Positions 31,480-41,356 of a stretch of DNA of 64,000 bases are shown here, in pieces. The notes beneath the pieces are model-generated. The model was not told the origin of the DNA. It saw only the letters and a list, made by a program, of their open reading frames with translations, and did no database searches. Every line of letters begins with the position of its first letter. Positions within the stretch are counted from its first letter, which is position 1. Source of the DNA: Dehalococcoidia bacterium (GTDB taxonomy: Bacteria; Chloroflexota; Dehalococcoidia; Plut-88900); the NCBI GenBank assembly GCA_965197645.1, contig OZ240219.1, positions 608,001 through 672,000 of the forward strand. Direction: 5' to 3'. A program made the translations under genes and the position numbers.

Positions 31480-32781
31480 ATGGCTTCACCCTACATTTCC
31501 AATACGGAGGCCGACCGCCAGGAGATGCTCCGGGCCATCGGCGTCCAATCATCGGACCAGCTCTTCCTCGATATCCCCGAGCTCCATCGAGACCCTCACG
31601 TCGATGTACCAAAGCCCCTCTCCGAGTTGGAGCTGCTCCGAGAGCTGAGGGCTGCCAGCCGGTTGAACGCCAGCCTGCAGGACTACGCCTGCTTTCTCGG
31701 CGCCGGGTCCTACAACCACTACGTGCCCAGCGTCGTCAAGCACGTGGTGGGCCGCAGCGAGTTCTACACCTCCTATACTCCCTACCAGGCCGAGATTAGC
31801 CAGGGCACCCTTCAACACACCTTCGAGTTCCAATCCTTGGTCTGTGATCTCACCGGCATGGACGTGGCCAACGCCGGCATGTACGACGGGTCTACGGCCA
31901 TGGCTGAAGCCGCCCTGATGGCCTGCCGCTCCACGAAACGGCGACACGTCAGCGTCTTGGATACCGTGTCGCCCCTGTACCTGGAAATCCTGCGCACCTA
32001 CCTGAACGCCCAGGACATACAGATAGACGTCCAGTCTCCCGGCTCCCTGGCCCTAGACGCGAGCACCGCTTGTCTCATAGCCCAGTATCCCAACTACTAC
32101 GGCTGTATCGACGACCTTTCGACGTATGTCACGGCCGCTCACGATGCGGGAGCGCTGATGGTGGTAGCGGTCAACCCCATAGCGCTTGGTCTGCTGCGGG
32201 CACCGGGCAGCTTTGGCGCCGACATCGTGGTTGGGGAAGGTCAGCCGTTGGGGTCGTCGACCAACTTCGGCGGGCCCTATCTCGGGTTGTTCGCCTGCAA
32301 CGAGAAGCACCTGCGACAGATGCCGGGAAGGATCGTCGGGAAGACTACGGATACCCAGGGGCGGGAGGGCTATGTGCTCACCCTACAGACCCGGGAGCAG
32401 CACATCCGCCGCGAGACCGCCACGTCCAACATCTGTACCAGCGAGTCCCTGGTCGCCCTGGCGGCAACGGTCTACCTATCGGCGCTCGGTCCTGGGGGGC
32501 TGAGAACGGTGGCTGAGCAGTGCTATCACAAGGCCCACTACGCTGCGCAACGCATATCGGAGCTACCCGGCTACTCCCTGCCGATGGAAGGCAGCTTCTT
32601 CTCCGAGTTCGTGGTGCGGTGCCCGAGGCCCCCAGCCGAGATCAACGCCACTTTGGCCGAGCATAACGTCATAGGAGGCCTGGACGTCAGCGATCAGATC
32701 GAAAACGGCATGCTCATATGCGTCACCGAGATGAACCCCAGGGAGCAGATCGATTCCCTGGTAGAGCTCCTAGCGGCGTGA
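31480..32781 (+). CDS. gcvPA: Glycine dehydrogenase subunit 1
   Basis: FLGAG.Y, YTPYQ.EISQG.LQ, REQHIRRE.ATSNICT. Confidence 0.96.
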   Translation: MASPYISNTEADRQEMLRAIGVQSSDQLFLDIPELHRDPHVDVPKPLSELELLRELRAASRLNASLQDYACFLGAGSYNHYVPSVVKHVVGRSEFYTSYTPYQAEISQGTLQHTFEFQSLVCDLTGMDVANAGMYDGSTAMAEAALMACRSTKRRHVSVLDTVSPLYLEILRTYLNAQDIQIDVQSPGSLALDASTACLIAQYPNYYGCIDDLSTYVTAAHDAGALMVVAVNPIALGLLRAPGSFGADIVVGEGQPLGSSTNFGGPYLGLFACNEKHLRQMPGRIVGKTTDTQGREGYVLTLQTREQHIRRETATSNICTSESLVALAATVYLSALGPGGLRTVAEQCYHKAHYAAQRISELPGYSLPMEGSFFSEFVVRCPRPPAEINATLAEHNVIGGLDVSDQIENGMLICVTEMNPREQIDSLVELLAA

Positions 32782-32823
32782 TCCCAGGGCTATTGAGACC
32801 GACGGCCGATAAGACTGCAGCCC

Positions 32824-34290
32824 ATGACCACAACGACAAAAAAGCAAAGCCTCACCCTTAAGGACCTCCACGCCCCCGGTGTAGTAGGCACTACTCTGCC
32901 GGAGCTCGACGTTCCAGCCGCCGAGCTGCCCCCGGACGACCTGCTGCGCTCCGACCTTCCGCTGCCCGAGGTCAGCGAACTGGATATCGTTCGGCACTTC
33001 ACCCGCATCAGCCAGCTGAACTTCGGCATCGATAGCGGCTTCTACCCGCTGGGCAGCTGCACCATGAAGTACAACCCCAAGTGGCACGAAGAGGCGGCAC
33101 GGCTGCCGGGCTTCGCCGAGGTCCACCCCCTGCAGTCCCAGGCCCTGTCCCAGGGCGCCCTGAAGGTGATGTACGACCTCCAGTCCATCCTGGCGGAGAT
33201 CACCGGCGCCAAAGCGGTGAGCCTGGCTCCCCTGGCCGGCGCCCATGGAGAGATGGCCGGTCTCCTCATGATCAAGGCCTATCAACAGGGCCGGGGTGAA
33301 GGCCACCGAGACCGGATCATCATCCCCGATACTGCCCATGGCACCAACGCCGCCTCGGCCCGCATGTGTGGCTACCAGGTCGTCACCGCGCCCTCGGACT
33401 CCGAGGGGAACATGGATCTTGACGCCCTCCGAGAGCTCTGCTCGGAGCAACTGGCCGGAGTTATGATCACGTTGCCAAGCACCTTGGGCCTGTTCAATCC
33501 CAACATCCTCGAGGTCTGCGACACCGTCCACCAGAACGGCGGCATGGTCTACGGCGATGGCGCCAACCTGAATGCCCTATTAGGGCGGGCCAAGCTGGGC
33601 GACCTGGGCTTTGACGTCATTCACTCCAACCTGCACAAGACCTTCAGCTCGCCCCACGGGGGTGGCGGACCGGGGGCGGGGCCTGTCTGCGCCGCCGATA
33701 CCCTAGCCCCCTTCCTCCCTGCCCCAGTAGTCCAGCGTGCCAACAACCCCGACGACTCAAACACCCCGGAATACTATCTGGGCAGACCGGAACGCTCCAT
33801 AGGCAAGATGAGCGCCTTCCACTGCAACTTCGGCGTCATCCTGCGCGCTTACGCCTACATCCGGCTCCTCGGCGAACCGGGCCTGAAGGAGGTCAGCGAG
33901 AACGCCGTCATCAACGCCAACTACGTCATGGCCCGGCTCAGAGAGGACTACGATCTGCCCTACGACCGTACCTACACCCACGAGGTGGTCTTCTCCGCCT
34001 CCAGGCAGAAGGCGCTGGGCGTCCGGGCCCTGGACATCTCCAAGCGCTTGATGGACTTCGGTTTTCATCCACCCACGATGTACTTCCCCCTCATAGTGCC
34101 TGAGGCCCTGATGATCGAACCCACCGAGTGCGAAAGCAAGCGCACCCTGGACCAGTTCATCGATGCGATGAAGACGATCTCACGGGAGGCCGAAGAAGAC
34201 CCCGAGGTGGTAACCTCCGCCCCCCACACCACCCCTCTCTCCCGACTGGACGAAGCTCACGCCGCTCGCCACCCGATCCTTCACTGGTAA
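32824..34290 (+). CDS. gcvPB: Glycine dehydrogenase subunit 2
   Basis: YPLGSCTMKYNP, NLHKTF..PHGGGGPG, HPPT.YFP. Confidence 0.96.
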   Translation: MTTTTKKQSLTLKDLHAPGVVGTTLPELDVPAAELPPDDLLRSDLPLPEVSELDIVRHFTRISQLNFGIDSGFYPLGSCTMKYNPKWHEEAARLPGFAEVHPLQSQALSQGALKVMYDLQSILAEITGAKAVSLAPLAGAHGEMAGLLMIKAYQQGRGEGHRDRIIIPDTAHGTNAASARMCGYQVVTAPSDSEGNMDLDALRELCSEQLAGVMITLPSTLGLFNPNILEVCDTVHQNGGMVYGDGANLNALLGRAKLGDLGFDVIHSNLHKTFSSPHGGGGPGAGPVCAADTLAPFLPAPVVQRANNPDDSNTPEYYLGRPERSIGKMSAFHCNFGVILRAYAYIRLLGEPGLKEVSENAVINANYVMARLREDYDLPYDRTYTHEVVFSASRQKALGVRALDISKRLMDFGFHPPTMYFPLIVPEALMIEPTECESKRTLDQFIDAMKTISREAEEDPEVVTSAPHTTPLSRLDEAHAARHPILHW

Positions 34291-34378
34291 ACTGTCCCTC
34301 GCCACAGCCCTTCTTTCGCCCATCGGCGGCGCTATAACGTATGCCAGGCCAGCAAAGACCCGGGACAGGAGTAATTCC

Positions 34379-34579
34379 ATGTGCCGCAGCATCAAAGTCC
34401 TCAGAAGTCCCGATGCCCCTGCCTCCGAAGAGGAGGTCCGGGTCGCCGCCCTCCAGTTCGTGCGGAAGATCAGCGGCTACCGTAATCCCTCCAAGGCCAA
34501 CACCCTCGCCTTCGATACCGCCGTGATGGAGGTCTCCGCCGCCTCAAGCAAGCTGCTGGCCTCGCTAAGGAGGGGCTAA
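34379..34579 (+). CDS. DUF2277 family small protein
   Basis: MCR.I..L...P...EEV..AALQFVRKISG pattern. Confidence 0.8.
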   Translation: MCRSIKVLRSPDAPASEEEVRVAALQFVRKISGYRNPSKANTLAFDTAVMEVSAASSKLLASLRRG

Positions 34580-34629
34580 CCGCCCCTGCTAGATTGCCAC
34601 GCCCCGACAGAGTCGGAGCTCGCAATGAC
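34577..34629 (+). repeat. Palindromic repeat, module A (solo copy)
   Basis: AGATTGCCACGCCCCGACagaGTCGGAGCTCGCAATGAC. Confidence 0.85.
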
Positions 34630-34700
34630 GAGGGCAGGGACTCAGTCTAACTGTCGCGCTCAGCTTGCTCCACCCGGTGGAAAAGAGATATCTTAGGTGC

Positions 34701-35375
34701 ATGGGAGAGTCACCGCCGTTTCAGGACCACCTCAGAGCGTTGGCCGACCCTATCTGGGAGGCCCAGCACAACCACCCGTTCATCACCGGTATAGGCGCGG
34801 GCACCCTGGACATGGAGAAGCTGAAGTACTGGGCCAGGCAGGACTATCTCTACCTCATCGACTACGCACGAATTCTGTCCATAGGCTCCGCCAAGGCGCC
34901 TGACACGGACTCGTTGAAGTGGTTCGCCAGCCTGGCCAAGAACGTGTCCACGGAGATGGAGCTCCACCTCTCCTACGCCAGGGACTTCGGCATCTCACTG
35001 GCCGAGATGGAGGCCGAAACCAAAGCGCCCTCCTGCCAGGGTTACACCGACTTCCTTCTCCGTACCGCCGCCATCGATCCCTTCGAGGTGCTGGTGGCCG
35101 CCCTGTTGCCATGCTTCTGGGGCTACCACGAGATCGGCACGCGACTGGAGGACCGGGGCCTGCCCGAGAACGATCTCTACGTCCGCTGGATCGAACAGTA
35201 CACGGATCCCGACTACGCCCAACAAGTACGCTACTGCCGGGACCTGATCGATAGGCTGGGCACTGAAGCCACCGAAAGCGGGCGTCGCCGGATGGAGCTG
35301 GCATTCGTTACCAGCAGCCGCTACGAGTACCTGTTCTGGGAGATGTGCTATACAGAGGAGACTTGGCCCGTTTAG
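34701..35375 (+). CDS. tenA: Thiaminase II / aminopyrimidine aminohydrolase
   Basis: HPF...G.L, QDY.YL, LLPC.WGY (catalytic Cys), WIEQY, EY.FW. Confidence 0.88.
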   Translation: MGESPPFQDHLRALADPIWEAQHNHPFITGIGAGTLDMEKLKYWARQDYLYLIDYARILSIGSAKAPDTDSLKWFASLAKNVSTEMELHLSYARDFGISLAEMEAETKAPSCQGYTDFLLRTAAIDPFEVLVAALLPCFWGYHEIGTRLEDRGLPENDLYVRWIEQYTDPDYAQQVRYCRDLIDRLGTEATESGRRRMELAFVTSSRYEYLFWEMCYTEETWPV

Positions 35376-35435
35376 GCCCGTCGGTTCCCTGCACGTGTTA
35401 AGATTGTCGGGCCAGCCCAATCGAGAGGCGCCCCA

Positions 35436-35843
35436 GTGACCCAATCGATACCTCCCCAGGACAAATTCCCCCAGGTGATGGAAAGGACGATCCAGCTCAC
35501 GGGTGAGAAGCTGCCGGCCAAGAACGTCAAAGGCCTCGCCCAGATATTCCACTCGCTGTGCTGGGAGTTCCCCGACTACCAGGTCCAGGTCTACACCGTG
35601 CTGGACGATGAGGGCAACTTCGAGTACGCCGGTAACATAGACGGCGAGGCCGACGCCCAGATCACCATGAACGCGGAACAGCTGCACAGCGTCGTTTACG
35701 GCCGGGCCAACATGCCCAAGATGTTCCTCACCCGCCAGATCAAGGTCCGCGGACTTCCCACCCTGAAGCTCATGAAGTTCGCACCCCTGCTCGGCCCTTT
35801 CCTGGACAGCTACAAGGAGGCTTGCGATGCCCTGGCCAGCTAA
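35436..35843 (+). CDS. SCP2 sterol-binding-like domain protein
   Basis: C-terminal ADAQITM...MFLTRQIKVRG resembles SCP2. Confidence 0.6.
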   Translation: MTQSIPPQDKFPQVMERTIQLTGEKLPAKNVKGLAQIFHSLCWEFPDYQVQVYTVLDDEGNFEYAGNIDGEADAQITMNAEQLHSVVYGRANMPKMFLTRQIKVRGLPTLKLMKFAPLLGPFLDSYKEACDALAS

Positions 35844-35871
35844 CCTGGCCCTCCCTGACGCATCGTTTCGC

Positions 35872-35902
35872 TTGACACTTTCAAACATCTTTGCGGTATA
35901 AT
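35872..35902 (+). promoter_or_regulatory. Putative sigma70 promoter of the IscA-family gene
   Basis: Perfect TTGACA and TATAAT, but a 19-bp spacer. Confidence 0.55.
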
Positions 35903-35960
35903 AAACCCACCTACCGATATAGAAACTGTCGCAGTCACACGACTAGGAAACGGTATCCAG

Positions 35961-36305
35961 ATGACCACAGCCACTGTCCCGACCATCCACGTCACCGAGA
36001 AAGCCGCCAAGCAGATAGAGAAGCTGGGTGAGAAAGAGGGTATGACCGACTTCGGCCTTCGAATGTCGGTCAAGGGCGGCGGCTGCTCCGGTCTTACCTA
36101 CAAACTCGTCTTTGCAGAGCAGCCCAAAGAGAACGACAAGATCATCGAGGAGCACGGGGTAAAGCTGTTCATAGATTTCAAGAGCATGTTCTACCTGGGC
36201 GGCACCGTCCTCGAGTTCTCCGACGGCCTTAACGGCAAGGGGTTCGAGTTTACCAACCCCAACGCCACGGCCACCTGTGGCTGCGGCAACTCCTTCTCCG
36301 TCTAA
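35961..36305 (+). CDS. IscA/HesB A-type Fe-S carrier
   Basis: GGGCSGLTY and NPNA..TCGCG.SF. Confidence 0.95.
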   Translation: MTTATVPTIHVTEKAAKQIEKLGEKEGMTDFGLRMSVKGGGCSGLTYKLVFAEQPKENDKIIEEHGVKLFIDFKSMFYLGGTVLEFSDGLNGKGFEFTNPNATATCGCGNSFSV

Positions 36306-36471
36306 GCCACCTCGCGTCCATCCCTCCAGCAGGGCGCCCTCTCGTCTACGCCGGAAACGACGCGCGCCTTGAGGCTATCGCGAGCTCCACCTGTTCCCGC
36401 CGAGCCGGAAGCTTTGGAAAACTACTATAATAGTGGGGCACGAGCACACTTCAGCCGGACGGGGACCAAGA

Positions 36472-37512
36472 ATGACTAGAAGCAGCCTGTACCAGGTCCA
36501 TAGCGACGCCGGGGCCACCTTTGGTGAGCTCCACGGCTGGGAGTTGCCCTTACGCTTCTCTTCCATCGAGGAGGAGTACGGCGCCGCCAAAACCGGGGCC
36601 GCACTGATCGATAGGTCCCACCTCGGTCGCATCAAGATGACCGGAGAGGACTCCCTGGACCTGCTGAACCGGCTCAGCACCAACGAGGTGATGGGCCTCG
36701 CTGCCGGCACCGGCCTCTCTACGGTCCTCACCACCAACAAGGGCCGGGTGGTAGACCTGTTGACCGTCTACTGCCACGGAGACGAGCTTGTCGTTCTCAC
36801 AGCACCCCAGAACCGTGAGAGGGTGCCGTCCTGGATCGACCGGTTCGTCTTCGGTGAGGAGGTCGAGCTACAGGACATTACCGAGTCGGTGGCCATGCTC
36901 ACCCTGCTCGGGCCCCGGGCCACCGAGATACTGGACGATCTCACGGATCTCAACGTGGGTGACCTCGATGAGCACCACGGGCTTCAGGCGTCGCTTTCAG
37001 GGTCCGAAGTGTACGTGGCCCGTGAGAGCCTGCTGTGGGGTGCGGCCTACAACATCCTGGTCGAAGCGGATTCCGCCGCCGGGGTCTGGGACCTGTTACT
37101 GGGGGCAGGGGCTTCGCCGGTGGGGATGGAGGCCTACGAGCTTCTGCGCATCGACTCGTGCGTCCCCCAGTACGGCTCCGAGCTAAGCGAGGACTACAAT
37201 CCCCTCGAAGCAAAGCTCGACTCTTCGATCAACTTCTCCAAGGGGTGCTACGTAGGCCAGGAGGTTGTCGCTCGCCTCAACACCTACGAAAAGGTCAAGC
37301 GGTATCTGGTGAAGCTCCAGTTCGATAACGGGACTGCTCCTCAGCCGGGGACTACCCTCTTGGCCGGTGAGAAGGAGGTGGGCGCCGTCACGTCCATCAC
37401 CTCGATACCCGGCAACGGCATGTCCATCGCTCTGGGCTACGTACGAAAGGCCCACGTGCAACCGGGAACAACCCTAACCGCCAACTCCTCCACCGGCCGG
37501 ATAGTGGCTTAA
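36472..37512 (+). CDS. YgfZ/GcvT-like folate-binding protein
   Basis: YgfZ signature KGCYVGQE on a GcvT-like fold. Confidence 0.88.
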   Translation: MTRSSLYQVHSDAGATFGELHGWELPLRFSSIEEEYGAAKTGAALIDRSHLGRIKMTGEDSLDLLNRLSTNEVMGLAAGTGLSTVLTTNKGRVVDLLTVYCHGDELVVLTAPQNRERVPSWIDRFVFGEEVELQDITESVAMLTLLGPRATEILDDLTDLNVGDLDEHHGLQASLSGSEVYVARESLLWGAAYNILVEADSAAGVWDLLLGAGASPVGMEAYELLRIDSCVPQYGSELSEDYNPLEAKLDSSINFSKGCYVGQEVVARLNTYEKVKRYLVKLQFDNGTAPQPGTTLLAGEKEVGAVTSITSIPGNGMSIALGYVRKAHVQPGTTLTANSSTGRIVA

Positions 37513-39629
37513 GACCGGGGCGGCTCCGCCACACCGAAGCTCTTCAACGTCGACTCCAGCTGGTCCAGGTCCGCGGTGGGCATGGCGCAGGTGTTGCCTG
37601 CGCACACGTATGCCAGCGGCTCTTCGGACTTTTGAAGCATTGCACGCAGAGCCGGCGGCAACCTCTCCTCGTTCCCTACCGAGGGGTCATGGAGGGATAC
37701 TAGCTTCTTGGGTCGATAGGTGGACAGGGCCTTGCGCCACAGCCGCTGTGTCCGCTCGTCCTGCCTGGGACCGACAACCACCGCATGGGCCGGCGGAGCG
37801 ATGTGGCGGTCCAGGGCGATGAAGTAGGTAGCGGCGAAGATGCCGTACTGGCTGCACCTCTCTCCGAAGGCCCGCAAAGACCGTTCCGACTTGTCCCAGT
37901 ACTCCCGGTCCTGGGTGAGCTGGTACAACCGGTCCAGCACCAGAATCGCTACGGCGTTGCTGCTGGGACTCGGCGAGTCCTGTATCGGTTTGTCACTAAC
38001 CTCCAGGCCTATGGAAGAGTTCCTATCGATGGGGATATCGAAGAACCCGCCGAAATCAACGTCCCAGAACGATTCCGTAACGTAGTCCATAACGTCTACG
38101 GCGGTCTCCAGGTACCTGGCTTCGCCCGTCGATTCGTGGGCATCGAGGAGGGCCTGGGCCATCTGCACCTGGTCATCGAGCAGCCCATCGATCTTTGCCC
38201 GACCGTCAGCCAGGCTGTGGTAGAACCCCCGCCCGGGAACGTAGGTCTCTTTCATCAGCAGCTCGATGGTCCTGATCGCCTGATCCCGGCACTCGGAGTT
38301 ACCCAGCACCCGGTGGGCTTCCAGGAACGCCGAGGCCATCATGCCGTTCCACCCGGTGTATACAGTGGGGTCGATGAAAGGAGTGGGCCGTGCTGTTCGG
38401 GCCTCTAGCATCTTGCGAGCGCCCGAGGCTAGCAGCTCTTCTACCTCCGACTCATCCACGTCCAGTGTGCGGGCTATGGCCGGAAGCTCCTGGTCCACGA
38501 ACAGAACGTTCTTGGCCGGGTTGTGGTGCATCTCGCCCCGGGGCTCCACGTTGTACCGAAGGGCAATGGCCTGGGCCTCCTCGAGCGAGACGGCCTCCTT
38601 TACCTCGTCCAGAGTCCAGGTGAAGTAGTCGCCGTCGTCGTGCAGGTCTATGTCGGCGTCCTGGCTGGCGTAGAAACCCCCATGCTCAGTGTCCGAACCG
38701 ACCTCCAGAACGTAGGCTGCGATCCCCTCGGCGGTCCTTCGAAACAGCTCTTTGCCCATCGCCTGGTAGCCGTGAAGGTAGTTCTTCAGCAGCTCGGAGT
38801 TGTCGTAGGACATCTTCTCGAAGTGGGGCACTATCCACTTCTCGTCCACCGAGTACCGGTGGAACCCACCGCCCAGCTGGTCGTACACCCCGCCCAGGGC
38901 CATCTTCTCCAACGTCTTCTCTATCGTGACCTCCAGCCACCCTTCTTTGGTCTCGAAGTAGCGGGCCAGCATCAGCTCTATGGCGCCGGTGTGGGGAAAC
39001 TTGGGCGCATTGCCGAACCCGCCGTTCACAATGTCGAAGCTCTTGCCCATCGTCTGCAGCGCGTCCTCGACGGCTTGAGGAGTGATCTCGAAGGCACTGT
39101 CGGAGGGAGCGGACAGCTTCTCTATGTGCTCGACGATCATTCTGGCGTTGTCCTGCACCTTGTCCCGCTCCTGGGCGTATATCTCGCTGATGCGAGTGAG
39201 GACGGTCTTGAAGCCGGGGCGTCCGTGCATGTCCTCGGGAGGGAAGTAGGTGCCGCCGAAGAAGGCCTGGCCATCGCTGGTGAGGAAACCTGTCAAGGGC
39301 CACCCTCCCTGCCCTGCCACGGCGCCGACGGAGTTTTGATATCTCCTATCGATGTCGGGCCTTTCGTCCCGGTCCACCTTCACCGCTACGAATTTGCTGT
39401 TTATGAGATTGGCTATCTCGTCGTTCTCATAGCTTTCGCCGTCCATGACGTGGCACCAGTGGCACCAGACGGCGCCGATGTCCAGCAGGACGGGCTTATT
39501 TTGCTCCCGCGCCAGGCTAAAGGCCTCTTCGCCCCAGGGGTGCCAATCGACGGGTTGGTGGCCCGCACTCCTCAGGTATGCGCTGGACTCCTTTGCCAGC
39601 CTGTTTTCCGTCGGTTTCTTGTCAGTCAT
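37509..39629 (-). CDS. Thioredoxin-domain protein, YyaL/SSP411 (DUF255) family
   Basis: WCHWCHVM..ES, DR.ERPDID, GGWPL, PHFEKM.YDN. Confidence 0.92.
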   Translation of the reverse strand: MTDKKPTENRLAKESSAYLRSAGHQPVDWHPWGEEAFSLAREQNKPVLLDIGAVWCHWCHVMDGESYENDEIANLINSKFVAVKVDRDERPDIDRRYQNSVGAVAGQGGWPLTGFLTSDGQAFFGGTYFPPEDMHGRPGFKTVLTRISEIYAQERDKVQDNARMIVEHIEKLSAPSDSAFEITPQAVEDALQTMGKSFDIVNGGFGNAPKFPHTGAIELMLARYFETKEGWLEVTIEKTLEKMALGGVYDQLGGGFHRYSVDEKWIVPHFEKMSYDNSELLKNYLHGYQAMGKELFRRTAEGIAAYVLEVGSDTEHGGFYASQDADIDLHDDGDYFTWTLDEVKEAVSLEEAQAIALRYNVEPRGEMHHNPAKNVLFVDQELPAIARTLDVDESEVEELLASGARKMLEARTARPTPFIDPTVYTGWNGMMASAFLEAHRVLGNSECRDQAIRTIELLMKETYVPGRGFYHSLADGRAKIDGLLDDQVQMAQALLDAHESTGEARYLETAVDVMDYVTESFWDVDFGGFFDIPIDRNSSIGLEVSDKPIQDSPSPSSNAVAILVLDRLYQLTQDREYWDKSERSLRAFGERCSQYGIFAATYFIALDRHIAPPAHAVVVGPRQDERTQRLWRKALSTYRPKKLVSLHDPSVGNEERLPPALRAMLQKSEEPLAYVCAGNTCAMPTADLDQLESTLKSFGVAEPPRS

Positions 39630-39703
39630 CCTGGGTATTATAACGTTGTACGCCAGCCATTCCTCTTGCGTGTTATATTATCCTCACACGGAGGAGGCGT
39701 CCA

Positions 39704-40498
39704 TTGAGCACAACTTCTAACCACAAGACACCCGGAGAAGTGAGGGAGGAGGCCCGAAGCGGCCGCTTTGCCGCCGTGACCGCCGGCCTTGCACCCGGTT
39801 ACACCCAGACCAACCTGGCCATTCTGCCGAGAGAGCAGGCCTTCGACTTTCTTCTGTTCTGCCAACGCAATCCCAAGCCCTGCCCGCTCATCGAGGTGCT
39901 GGAACCGGGCGTTCCGGAGCCCGTGATGTCGGCGCCGGGCGCCGACATCCGGACCGACCTACCCAGATACAGGGTTTATAGGGACGGCGTACTGGAGCAG
40001 GAGGTAGAGGAGATAAGCGAGGTGTGGCGGGACGACCTGGTCTCGTTCCTGCTGGGCTGCAGCTTCACCTTCGAGGAAGCGCTGGTTCGGGCGGGCATCC
40101 CCCTGAGACACATAGACCGGGGCGAGAACGTCTCCATGTACATCACCAACATCGAGACCCAAAGCGCAGGGGCTTTCTCCGGGCCCATGGTGGTGAGCAT
40201 GCGGGCCATAGACCACAAGAAGGTGGTGAGGTCGGTCCAGATCACGTCCCGGTACCCGGACGTCCACGGCGCCCCCGTCCACGTCGGCGATCCCGAGGTC
40301 ATAGGCATCAGGGATATCTCGAAGCCGGACTACGGCGACCTGACGGAGTTCAAGGAGGGCGAGGTGCCGGTGTTCTGGGCCTGCGGCGTTACCCCCCAGG
40401 CCGTGGCGGTCAACTCCAGGCCCCCGCTGATGATTACCCACGCTCCGGGCCACATGTTTGTTACCGACCTTCTGAACGAGGACATCGCAGCCCTTTAG
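39704..40498 (+). CDS. DUF1445 putative hydro-lyase (D-glutamate cyclase N-terminal-like)
   Basis: [43 protein letters not shown]. Confidence 0.9.
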   Translation: MSTTSNHKTPGEVREEARSGRFAAVTAGLAPGYTQTNLAILPREQAFDFLLFCQRNPKPCPLIEVLEPGVPEPVMSAPGADIRTDLPRYRVYRDGVLEQEVEEISEVWRDDLVSFLLGCSFTFEEALVRAGIPLRHIDRGENVSMYITNIETQSAGAFSGPMVVSMRAIDHKKVVRSVQITSRYPDVHGAPVHVGDPEVIGIRDISKPDYGDLTEFKEGEVPVFWACGVTPQAVAVNSRPPLMITHAPGHMFVTDLLNEDIAAL

Positions 40499-40509
40499 TC
40501 GGAGGCGCT

Positions 40510-41352
40510 ATGACTATAGAAGACATCATTCTAGGCAACGACGTACGGGGCATCTCCCAGCTCAGGGACAAGCTCCCCGCCGATTTCTGCGACCAGGCGG
40601 CCAGGTTCATACTCGAAAGTCCGGGGCCCGTCTTCATCATCACCGGCTTCTTCGTGAAGAAGAACTGGGAATCGGATGGCCCCGTCGGCGCCCTGGTGCT
40701 GGGCCAAGCGCTGGAGCGTCGCGGGTTCCAGGTCTACTACGTTACCGATGGCTGCACCGACATGATGCGGGAGCTGGTGGGCGCCGGGGAAAAGGTGATC
40801 GACTTCCCCAACCTAGACCACGAAGCCAGCAAGGAGCAGGCAAACAGGCTCCTGGACGAGTACAAACCGGGACTGGCCGTGGCCATCGAGCGGTGCTCTC
40901 TCACCGAGGAGCAGAAGTACCGCAACATGCGCGGCAAGGACATCTCGGAGCATACGGCCAAGATCGACTACCTGTTCCGCGGCGTCGACCGGACGGTCGG
41001 CGTGGGCGACGGCGGCAACGAGATAGGCATGGGCAACCTGTTCGACGAGATCCCCAAGGTGGAGTCCCTGGTGCGGCTGCCCGCCACCACCTCGGCAACC
41101 CACCTGGTCATCGCCGCGGTGTCCAACTGGGGCGCCTACGGCCTCGCCGCCAGTATCTCCGTCCAGACGGGCCAGAACCTGCTGCCCTCCATCGACGGGG
41201 AGCAGGACATGGTGAAGAAGTGGGTCGATATGGGCGGCGTCGATGGGTTCAGCGGAGAGCAGATCTACAAGGTCGATGGCTTCTCCCTGGAGGAGAACAG
41301 CGCCGTCCTGGAGGCCCTGCATAACGACGTGGAGGCGGCCATAGGGGCCTGA
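40510..41352 (+). CDS. DUF4392 protein (D-glutamate cyclase C-terminal-like)
   Basis: ITGF...E.DGP.GA, IER, Y.NMRG, GDGGNEIGMG, VSNWG; GGAGG RBS before ATG 40510. Confidence 0.88.
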   Translation: MTIEDIILGNDVRGISQLRDKLPADFCDQAARFILESPGPVFIITGFFVKKNWESDGPVGALVLGQALERRGFQVYYVTDGCTDMMRELVGAGEKVIDFPNLDHEASKEQANRLLDEYKPGLAVAIERCSLTEEQKYRNMRGKDISEHTAKIDYLFRGVDRTVGVGDGGNEIGMGNLFDEIPKVESLVRLPATTSATHLVIAAVSNWGAYGLAASISVQTGQNLLPSIDGEQDMVKKWVDMGGVDGFSGEQIYKVDGFSLEENSAVLEALHNDVEAAIGA

Positions 41353-41356
41353 CCCC

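Noticed and set aside
34580-34700. TPP riboswitch before tenA
   Set aside because: The gap holds repeat module A; the CTGAGA...ACCTGA...AGCGTAGG core is absent.
40024-40509. N-terminal extension of the DUF4392 ORF suggesting a frameshift fusion with DUF1445
   Set aside because: It is a GC-rich shadow frame; DUF1445 ends normally and DUF4392 has its own GGAGG and ATG at 40510.
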